Of a stretch of DNA of 64,000 nt, positions 31,501 to 39,134 are shown in pieces. This DNA is from Planctomycetota bacterium. GTDB taxonomy: Bacteria; Planctomycetota; Phycisphaerae; WQYP01. Position 1 is the stretch's first letter; every line of letters starts with the position of its first letter. The translations under genes and the position numbers were made by a program. Location of the stretch: contig JAJYDW010000005.1 in NCBI GenBank assembly GCA_021790385.1, positions 6,294 to 70,293 of the forward strand, read 5' to 3'. The notes under the pieces were generated by a model, which was given only the letters and a program-made list of their open reading frames with translations, was not told the origin of the DNA and made no database searches.

Positions 31501-31959
31501 CTGTGGGCCATGAAATTTATTCCCGCCGACAATCCGCCGGTGGGAATGGCGGCAGCCCCGCGCAAAAAGTATTACGCGCTAGTGTATCATGGTTATTTAA
31601 ACGTGCCGACAACCGGGGTGTATACCCTGCATGCGCCCAAAGTTTATTACATTGCCAGCACAGATCCTGGCTACCAGTTGCGGGTATATGTAGGCCAGCA
31701 GTTAATCGAGTGGAATCCATCCGAGCGCGTTCACGCTTTTGGCAACTGGAGCGTGGCTTTGGCCAAAGGGATGCATAAGTTTAAGATTGTGTATATCGAT
31801 TACCGGACGAATTCAACCGAGCGGCTGAATTATCCGGGCATCCGCGATTACATCTGGGATGGGGTCAGGCCGAACCTGGAGATTTCCGGTCCGGGTGTAA
31901 AGAAACAGCCAATCCCTACGACCTGGCTGCAATACCGTCCGCAGAAGACGGGCAAGTGA
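28486..31959 (+). CDS. Large exported multidomain protein: heparinase II/III-like core + Fn3-associated domain + PA14-like domain
   Basis: Signal peptide; WFPYIGLAIIRDGW...DNNSFGLAAYGQDLLV; EIRYTTNGANPT; C-terminal YHGYLNVPTTGVYT...LAKGMHKFKIVY. Confidence 0.65.
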   Translation: MLKFRKLNVVAVLVIILALAGGSACRAAQAGQTAKPDTLAAQRLLQLLELNPGQMAKDALRFRPQLVQVSKLYSAGHYRRALDTFYSYYLSKFTAPQNYGLPSALASPYLAWGCRPFYCVPPLFSAHTPPKTIVAAANDLVKGIMNLNGQEVHIGPPGTVNWNYPFPAGQRVPAMLKHPQLHHWQVNPNPELFTLGGFNPLVQAYMLTHKKIYLITWAAYLQDWCTHCHYLGELNPLFVPDGVNAQLGAMPISFMRLLEGIKSVNPDIQKYVPPALFAVALRKMYLECLLPGVAYIRSNTHNWTPASSAGLINPVVFDEFSGSATLFRNIARRSIENVETTQAFRDGSETQEDPWYDQFDYANIWWMMRLLDSRCLMVPPWQMISWESAVANNPFFHQDVQRLLRRKNTFLTHLQTPQGEWPITFRGDQRRAGAMPYPYAPQAWNNPVNAAIMEAIFNPTAGVAPPYTCDWFPYIGLAIIRDGWKPTSSYGALFCSPHPPGYGAYRGRSDNNSFGLAAYGQDLLVNNTTGHYMYPTSPMKVNGFNQFFETGIYKVPSPEGHKSYEVHAWHTPAPWLWYASSTLNLAEGIYAGRWGDLQRPRTVAGPYGPDQSMQGTLTKAQTFGGVIFQRQVMQVRRAKLWIVTDRLLTKKNNHYTQIWRLPISPTPSSYPRAFKLSHIHINAADRSIITDQPNGHGKWRPIPKANMQLLQFSLAHLAYSSKLVVQPPMVWKTRKFYVHPNLDRIAVKWHGRGNQQIVTAILVVPPGSTQGMKKLHQITSGKQGIGFQAVTPDGLQVAYLASPRAEDVLSLPQMTIHGRALLLAGSQGMALGCSSISVGGKAVHAGYRNFAFHLVGGRLADVHPIHRPIVPVKIMPDTTAFVGHLKVTLSTPTAGVEIRYTTNGANPTPQSPLYTRPFTLDHTAKVQARAYRPGVTSNPMTLSGIHATPATEAIFHKIHVQPALPFWMARVCKPGVECAYYQAGWQQMWLNLQNLKPQKTGVVGHLWAMKFIPADNPPVGMAAAPRKKYYALVYHGYLNVPTTGVYTLHAPKVYYIASTDPGYQLRVYVGQQLIEWNPSERVHAFGNWSVALAKGMHKFKIVYIDYRTNSTERLNYPGIRDYIWDGVRPNLEISGPGVKKQPIPTTWLQYRPQKTGK

Positions 31960-32021
31960 ATGCTGCCGGCGGCAGCGAATTTGCACGCCAAGGAGTATTT
32001 TGATGCCTTGGGGAAAAGCTT

Positions 32022-32198
32022 AAGGAATGTGGACGCTGGCTGCCGGCGATTAGGCGGTCTTGACGCGGTGTTGAAAAAAGTGGTTACTACTCTTGAAGGA
32101 GTTATCATAGTGTTAAAATTTCGGAAATTGAACGTAGTTGCGGTGTCGGTAATTATATTGGCCCTGGCTGGAGGCAGCGCGTGCCGGGTGGCCCAGGC
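32022..32198 (+). repeat. Direct repeat copy 2 (5'UTR + RBS + signal peptide)
   Basis: Matches 28399-28574. Confidence 0.9.
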
Positions 32199-33504
32199 AG
32201 CAAGCCCTGCCGGCAGGGAACATACCGCAGATATGCGCTGGTGGAAGCAGGCTCGCTTTGGCATGTTTATTCACTGGGGTATTTACAGCCAGGCAGCGGG
32301 CTATTGGCAGGGCAAATCCATACCTGGAGATGGCGCGTGGATCATGGATCAGGCTCATCTGACACGGAAAGCCTAAAGCACGCTGCCTGCACAGTTTGAT
32401 CCGGTTGATTTCAACGCGAACCGGTGGGTCCGCATGGCCAGGCGGGCGGGGGTCAAATACATCGTGATCACCTCAAAACATCACGACGGTTTTTGCATGT
32501 TCCATACCAGGGCCACGCATTTTAACGTAGTCGATGACACACCCTGGCACAAGGATCCGCTGGCCATGCTGGCGAAAGCCTGCAAAAAATACGGCATCCG
32601 CTTTTGCACCTATTATTCGATTCAGGACTGACATAGCCGCTACACGCTGCCGGCTATCGGCAATCCGAATCAGGGGCATCCAACGTGGCAGCCCATGCGG
32701 TTTACCGCCAATGGCGGCGGTGAAAAGTACGTGCATTATGTGCAGCGGCAGGTGGGCGAATTGATCCGCCAATACCATCCAGGCATCATCTGGTTTGATA
32801 ATTTCTATGTGAAACCGTGGGTAACACGGCACGGCCGGCATATTGCCGGCTGGACCTATTCCTATGCCAAGCAGGTGTTTGATGATGTGCGTAAGCTGGA
32901 TCCAACGGTGATTGTCAACAATCGGCTGGATTATGGCTTGGGAGATTACAAAACTCCGGAACAGCACATTCCGCCACAGGGCTTGCCGGGCGCGTGGGAA
33001 ACCTGCATGACCATCAACGGGACCTGGGGTTATAAACGCGATGATCATCACTGGAAAACGCCGGCAATACTAATTACCAACCTGATCAAATGCGCCAGCG
33101 GAGGCGGAAATTTTCTACTGAATGTAGGCCCCACGGGCAAAGGCCTCATCCCGCAACCGGAAGTTCAGCGGATGCGGGCGATAGGTAAGTGGCTTAAAGT
33201 AAACGGCCAGGCCATTTATGGTTCGCATCGCACGCCATTTGCCAAGGCTTTACCATTTGGTTATGCGACGCAAAAACCGGGAATGCTATTTTTAGAAGTT
33301 ACCCGCTGGCCTCATCACCAGCCACTGCTGGTGCCGATACGCAATAAAATACAAAGAGCGTATGTACTTGGGTTCCCGCAAGTGAAAGTAAAAGTGAAAA
33401 ATGAACCACGCGGCTGTTTGTTGTATCTGCCCGGCAAAATGCCCGATCCTGTGGCCACGGTTATCGCTTTGAAAATATCGGGTGCGCCGCATCCGTTGCC
33501 GTAA
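32110..33504 (+). pseudogene. Exported alpha-L-fucosidase (GH29) with two in-frame nonsense codons
   Basis: Three ORF pieces all in one frame; TAA 32374-32376 and TGA 32629-32631 (QD*H where GH29 has DWH); motifs RFGMFIHWG, TSKHHDGF, IWFD, FLLNVGP intact. Confidence 0.88.
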
Positions 33505-33578
33505 AATCTATCGCCGCTGGAGGTATGGGCTGCTTCAATAACGGCTTTGGCTGACTTTGGCCAGGCTATGATGAGAAC

Positions 33579-33603
33579 GGGCGAAAATAAGGCTTTTTCG
33601 CCT
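33579..33603. terminator. Possible bidirectional hairpin between convergent genes
   Basis: GGCGAAAA-taaggct-TTTTCGCC. Confidence 0.35.
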
Positions 33604-33610
33604 GGGCCGG

Positions 33611-34951
33611 TCAGCTATTTTCGTCGGCCACCGCCTTAAACCATTGCACCAGTTTGTAATTGGGTTGCCATTGGCCATGCGCTGGTACCACCGTGGCGTT
33701 GGCATAGAGCATGGTCAGTGCATACTGAGCATATTTGGCGGCGCGCACGGGGTTGCCGATAATTTTATATTGTCGTCCGCCGGAATAGGCGCTAAGCAGC
33801 ACGCGATTCCGGCGCATCAATTGCCAGGACTTTTGCATAAAGGTGGGGCTTAGCGGGGCGGTGGCCATGAAATCATTCCATTGTTCCAGAACTACGGGAT
33901 GTTGCATGCAGGCGAGGGTGTAGTCGGCGTTAGTGAGTTTGGCGGGCTGTTTCCAATGAGAGGCAAAATGACCATCGAGTGGCTTTTTGATCCAGTCATT
34001 GAGTACCGGGCTTTGGCTCCATTCGGTACTTAGGAATGGCTTATCGGTGAGTGTACGGGCGAAGGTTAGTTGCCGGTGCATGGAGGCAACATCTTTAACA
34101 TAAAGATGCAGGTCCAGGGCGGAAATATGGCTGTTGCGATTGGTCCACGCGCACAGGTCATGGGTAAAACCGGTACAAGCCTTGATCCAGTTGGTAGAGG
34201 CGGCGTTGCAGCTCATCACCTGCGGGAGAATGTTAATGGCCGGGGCAGAAATTGGCAGGGTGGGGCGGATTTTGTGGATTTCCCGGGCCACGGCGGAGTA
34301 CCAGGTCAATACAGGAATGGTGCCGTTGGCAGATCGGTGCCAATTGGACTCTTTAAGAAAGGTTAAAGGTTCGTTATCCAGTGTTACGTAGTAGAGTTGA
34401 TCACCCATGATGTGCATGAATTGCCGAACCAGTTGCAGCCATTGCCGGCCGCGGGGTGAATTCACTGCGGGTATAGGCAAGGCTTGTCCCCAATTGCCCC
34501 ACAAAAACGTTACCACCGGTTTGATACCCGCCTTATGGAGAGCCCGGATGACCGCAAAGGACCAGGGCCACGGGCCATGGCCGGCCTGGGCCGTCAGTGC
34601 CTGCGGAAGTATTTTTTGCAGCACTACAATGGGCACAATCAACCGTACCGCATGGGCGTCAATAGCCCGGGCCTCATGCAGAGATGGCACATCAAAGCCA
34701 CCAAATATGGTTGAGTGTGGCAACTTGCGTATGGATGCCTCAAGAGGTGGGGAGGCAAGAGAAGCTACAGATAGTGCGGTGCCGGTGGCGAGCATTTCGC
34801 GTACAAAATGGCGGCGGGAAACCGGTTGAGTCGTCATGACGGGCTGGCCGGAATTTTCCGGTGTTATCTGGAGCATTGTGGACGGTAAAGGAATTTGAGA
34901 GATCGTCATGGTGTTATTCTCCAAAAGATATTTTCCGGGCTGCAGGACCAT
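33611..34951 (-). CDS. Tat-exported putative clan GH-A glycoside hydrolase of unassigned family
   Basis: SRRHFVRE twin-arginine motif (start may be 34837), DNEP, DLHLY and STEW motifs. Confidence 0.55.
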   Translation of the reverse strand: MVLQPGKYLLENNTMTISQIPLPSTMLQITPENSGQPVMTTQPVSRRHFVREMLATGTALSVASLASPPLEASIRKLPHSTIFGGFDVPSLHEARAIDAHAVRLIVPIVVLQKILPQALTAQAGHGPWPWSFAVIRALHKAGIKPVVTFLWGNWGQALPIPAVNSPRGRQWLQLVRQFMHIMGDQLYYVTLDNEPLTFLKESNWHRSANGTIPVLTWYSAVAREIHKIRPTLPISAPAINILPQVMSCNAASTNWIKACTGFTHDLCAWTNRNSHISALDLHLYVKDVASMHRQLTFARTLTDKPFLSTEWSQSPVLNDWIKKPLDGHFASHWKQPAKLTNADYTLACMQHPVVLEQWNDFMATAPLSPTFMQKSWQLMRRNRVLLSAYSGGRQYKIIGNPVRAAKYAQYALTMLYANATVVPAHGQWQPNYKLVQWFKAVADENS

Positions 34952-35112
34952 TTGAAAACTCCAACGACAGCGTTTGCGGGCTGCGGATAAGCTGCTAAGC
35001 GGTGGCGGTTATACCCAATTCGACCACTGGTAATAGCTGTGGGCCAGGTTCGCAGCCGCAATCGAACGAACCAATCATAACCTGCAAAAATGACAATGCA
35101 AGCGCAATATAT

Positions 35113-35190
35113 TGGAATAATCTTATTCCAAAATAATATTTATTTTTTGGAGTTTTTTTGCTTGACACGGCGGTGATTTTGTGTTACATT
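35113..35190 (+). promoter_or_regulatory. Palindromic operator 4 plus sigma70-type promoter
   Basis: TGGAATAAtcTTATTCCA (35113-35130); TTGACA 35162-35167; 17 bp; TGn-TACATT 35185-35190. Confidence 0.8.
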
Positions 35191-35319
35191 TTGGACATCC
35201 ATGGCAGGCTGATGTGGCTTGCTGACGTTTTGTAGTTGTTGGTCTTGGTCTGAGGGCAATGCACAGTCGTGTCGAGTGCCAGGGTTGGACCAGTGGACCC
35301 AGGAACAAGGAGTTTAATT

Positions 35320-36132
35320 ATGCGAAGCAAGAAACACACGATGACGGGCCAGAAGATGGCGTGGTTGGCGGGAGTGGCCGGAGCGGTGTCGCTGGCGGCG
35401 GGAGCCGGAATGCCGGGGCAGGCGCGGGCCACGGTTTACCTGAGCAACAACTTTAACAACAACGGCACCGGCTTAGGCGCAGGCTGGACTGCACCAAACG
35501 GCGATGTTACAGACACCGGCACTGAGTCGGCATTTACCAATATCACTGGCGGCAACAGCGCGTTGTTGGACTCATCGGCGAACACGGGGTTGCTCTCGCC
35601 AACACTCAGCGGGTTTACGACCAGTGATCCAATCCAAATAAGCTTCGATTTTGACATTACAGCAGCCAACCAAAGCAACAATGACACCTTTTTGTTAAAC
35701 AACAGAAACATCATTTTGAATTTCGGTTCTTCAGCAACCAAAATACCCAATACACCCTCGGCAATGGTGTACAAGAATGGGAGCAATGCTGTCACAGCAA
35801 GCTTTACTCCCAGTCTTAATACGTGGTACCGGATTATACTTGGCCTTTCAGCCGAGAATGCCGCCCTTCCGTCATGGAACCTTAACGTTATTAACATCTC
35901 GGGCCAATCGTTGTATTCTGCAGCAAACATCCATTTCTCCAACACTCTGGCACCTTATAGTTCGTTTAACTATTCCTTCAACGTGCCAACCCCTGTTTCT
36001 GGGGCCTCGTTTCAGATCGACAATGTGCTGGTCCAGTCGCCGGTTGTTCCCGAGCCGGCGGAGATTTCGCTGGTGGGTTTGGGCGGCTTGGGCCTGCTTA
36101 TTTTAAGCCCACGCCGGCGGGCACGGAGGTAA
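35320..36132 (+). CDS. PEP-CTERM surface protein (possible lectin-like beta-sandwich)
   Basis: AAGGAG SD, signal peptide, N/S/T-rich, LNTWYRI, FQIDNV, VPEPA-TM-RRRARR. Confidence 0.85.
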   Translation: MRSKKHTMTGQKMAWLAGVAGAVSLAAGAGMPGQARATVYLSNNFNNNGTGLGAGWTAPNGDVTDTGTESAFTNITGGNSALLDSSANTGLLSPTLSGFTTSDPIQISFDFDITAANQSNNDTFLLNNRNIILNFGSSATKIPNTPSAMVYKNGSNAVTASFTPSLNTWYRIILGLSAENAALPSWNLNVINISGQSLYSAANIHFSNTLAPYSSFNYSFNVPTPVSGASFQIDNVLVQSPVVPEPAEISLVGLGGLGLLILSPRRRARR

Positions 36133-36385
36133 TATGAGCGGATGGCTTAACACTGTGGTTGGTGCGGGCCGGTTGTGGCGATTTGACAGAAACGGAAAGA
36201 AGAACCGGTCCATCCCCAAGGTGGTTTTGAGCTGGCGGAGATCAGGCTGTTGGTGATGTTGACAGGCACCACTGCCAATGTGTGGGCTATTGAAGGAATT
36301 GCAGACGGTACCGCCAGCCAGATCCGGTGGTGTGGTGGGTTTTGTGCAGTGAGTCATCAGCTTACACCTTACAAGGAGCCTGGCC

Positions 36386-37414
36386 ATGAAACGACGCACC
36401 ATTTCAGCGTTTACATTAATTGAATTACTGGTGGTAATTTCCATCATCGCAATTTTGATTGCGTTACTTCTGCCGGCTTTGGCTGCGGCAAGGCAGGATG
36501 CAGACAAGGTGGTATGTGCAGCCAACTTGCGCAGCAATGTGCAGGCTATGATCACTTATGCTCAGGCCAATAATCAGATGTTTCCGGCCACTCCCGGTCC
36601 GTTACCGGGCGATTTATTTAACAATTTCCCCTCCGATCCGACATATTGGTATGCAGGCCAAACCGCGAATTCGGTGATTAAAGACTGGTACGGCGGTGGC
36701 TATCCGGGCAGTTATGGCGCGCTGACAGTTAATGATTGCGGCAATCCGCTGGCATGTATGTGGCTGTTGGTGCTGGATGGCCAAACCACACCGCAAACGT
36801 TTATCTGCCCGTCAGACCCCATCGCTTTGGCACCATCGCTGTTGTATATTCCCAACAATCCAGGGGCTGGTGGGGCCTATGGGGACTTTTGCGTTACCGC
36901 TGCCGTGGCTGCAACCGGCAAGGACATGAACTACACCGGAGTTGGCGAAAGTTATTCTATTGCCTATCCATGGCAAACCTCGCCCACCACAAGTGCCGAG
37001 CCTATCGGCAATTGGTGGATGAATAATAATTTATCCAACCTGCCGCTGATGTGTGATATGGCTCCTGCCAACAGTCAAAACGGAGTGAACACCAAAACCA
37101 CGTTGGCAGACGACACGGCCGGGCCGATTATTTTTAGCTCCGGCAACCATGCCGGCACGGGCGAAAATGTAGCGTTTGGCGATGATCATGTGGTATGGGA
37201 GGATAATCCATACTGCGGACAGCACCATGACAATATTTTCACCATGGATGTCATTGAGCCGCCTACGACCGACGATCAAACACTATCGTACGACCAAATC
37301 GGCATAGGAGAAGGTGCCCCCCCATATTTTTCCAAAACGCCGCTATTGCCGCAGCAACAGCCTTTTGACACGGTCATGGTTCCGGTACGTAACACCACCA
37401 GCGCCACGTGGTAA
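36386..37414 (+). CDS. Prepilin-type N-terminal cleavage/methylation protein (DUF1559/H-X9-DG-like)
   Basis: [49 protein letters not shown]. Confidence 0.88.
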   Translation: MKRRTISAFTLIELLVVISIIAILIALLLPALAAARQDADKVVCAANLRSNVQAMITYAQANNQMFPATPGPLPGDLFNNFPSDPTYWYAGQTANSVIKDWYGGGYPGSYGALTVNDCGNPLACMWLLVLDGQTTPQTFICPSDPIALAPSLLYIPNNPGAGGAYGDFCVTAAVAATGKDMNYTGVGESYSIAYPWQTSPTTSAEPIGNWWMNNNLSNLPLMCDMAPANSQNGVNTKTTLADDTAGPIIFSSGNHAGTGENVAFGDDHVVWEDNPYCGQHHDNIFTMDVIEPPTTDDQTLSYDQIGIGEGAPPYFSKTPLLPQQQPFDTVMVPVRNTTSATW

Positions 37415-37547
37415 TCGATCCTCCTCAGCCGGCATTTGGGTAAATGGCTGGGGCCGGCGTCTGGCGGCTGGTGGTACCTGGCGGTACGTTGGCGCATGCA
37501 AAAGCAGCCTGTGAATTTGATCCTGATGGTTGATTGATAATAGCAAG

Positions 37548-38450
37548 ATGAAAATAATGCTTGCTCCAAACCCTGCATTTTTTTCTTATCAGATAGCCAT
37601 GGCGTATGAGCCGTGCGTCACGCGGCGCGACCCGAGTCCGGTGATACGTGTGGGCGATAAATATTTTGTGTGGTACAGTAAATCTCTGACCGATTCGAGC
37701 GGGTATAACGCTACCATATTCTTTGCGACGTCTACAGATGGTCTAACCTGGCGGGAGTGTGGTGAAGCCCTGGGCCGGGGGGCCAAGGGAGCCTGGGACG
37801 AGCATGCCGTGTTCACTCCGACTATTCTGGCAGCCGAAAAGCGCTTTTATCTTTATTACACCGGCGTACCGGAGCCATTTGACAACGACAACGGCGGCTC
37901 GCAGGCTACACCCACCGCTATCGGCGCAGCCTGGGCCGAAAATCCGCAGGGGCCATGGCAGCGATGTGGTGCCGATCCGGTGTTGCAGCCCGGTAGAGAA
38001 AAGACATTTGATTCGCATCGTGTGGATGACGCGTGCCTGATTGTACGAAGCGGTGGTTACTGGTTGTATTATAAGGGCCGGGCCGCCGGGCGTTCACCGC
38101 TGGAAACAAAAATGGGCCTGGCGATTGCCAACCATCCGACGGGGCCATACATTAAATCCGCGCTAAATCCGTTGATTGATGGCGGCCATGAGGTGTGCGT
38201 GTTTCCCCGGGAAAGCGGCGTGGCGGCGCTGGTGTCGCCGGTTGGCCCGGCCGGAGCCACCCTTCAGTATGCCGCCGACGGTTTGCATTTTCAGCAACTC
38301 TATGGGCTTATGCCTCCGGCAGCGCCAGGGCCGTACCGTGAGGATCATTATCGGGATGGCGTTGGACCAGGCATTCGTTGGGGACTTAGTCATCAGGCTG
38401 ATCCCCGACAAACGCCCCGGCCGTACTTGTTGCGTTTTGATTGTCATTGA
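37548..38450 (+). CDS. Five-bladed beta-propeller glycoside hydrolase (GH117/GH43-like)
   Basis: TRRDPS, VFTP, VDDA, WLYYKG, GHE motifs. Confidence 0.75.
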   Translation: MKIMLAPNPAFFSYQIAMAYEPCVTRRDPSPVIRVGDKYFVWYSKSLTDSSGYNATIFFATSTDGLTWRECGEALGRGAKGAWDEHAVFTPTILAAEKRFYLYYTGVPEPFDNDNGGSQATPTAIGAAWAENPQGPWQRCGADPVLQPGREKTFDSHRVDDACLIVRSGGYWLYYKGRAAGRSPLETKMGLAIANHPTGPYIKSALNPLIDGGHEVCVFPRESGVAALVSPVGPAGATLQYAADGLHFQQLYGLMPPAAPGPYREDHYRDGVGPGIRWGLSHQADPRQTPRPYLLRFDCH

Positions 38451-38938
38451 AAACGTGGACAGCGCAAGGACAGGCAGGATGTGTTTAACCCGGATATTTA
38501 ACAGGTTTCAGCCAGAAGTAAGCTGACGGCAATGGTCAAAGGTTATTCCGGATGAATTTTTCAAGTAAGCGCGTTCGGCACGTTAGGCTCTGGCCCCCAA
38601 CATCTTTACCTATATTTTTGTTTCATGCGTCAATCCTGTAACCGTTCACGGCCATGCCGACAGACCAGCATTACGGTAGTTACGGCGTAGCCAGTATCGC
38701 ATGGCACGTGCGATAATTCGGCCAGGTGACCGCAGGATAGATCGCCCCGGCTTGTGCCAGCCACGCTTTTATCCCAACCGCGATTGCTCTCCTGATCCTC
38801 TGTTCCATTTTCACCGGCTCTATTTTGGCCAACGGCCATATTTATGTACACCCCTTGTGATACAGGCTTGCAGCCTGCCCGGTCGCCACTTTTGTAAACG
38901 GTTACGCAATCCTTTCTTTCCTGGTGGCCTGTTACGGT

Positions 38939-39121
38939 TTAACCGCTCATTGGTTTATCGACCGACACTGTCGTTAGTCTACCCAGCCGTTGGCAGACCA
39001 GTTTGAACAACTCCTGCGGTATATAAGCTCTCGAAAGGTGCAGCACCAATGAGCGTACACTGACTTTTACCACCGCGCCGATCTTGAAGAGTTTGAGTCG
39101 GATCGTATCCACCTGCGTGGC
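38939..39121 (-). mobile_element. IS1380-family transposase C-terminal remnant
   Basis: Manual translation ATQVDTIRLKLFKIGAVVKVSVRSLVLHLS..Y..QELF, typical of IS1380 C-termini. Confidence 0.7.
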
Positions 39122-39134
39122 AAAGATGTGGAAC

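Noticed and set aside
32374-32631. Stop-codon recoding (TGA=Trp or Sec) in GH29
   Set aside because: TGA and TAA end many intact genes here, and two different stop types would both need readthrough.
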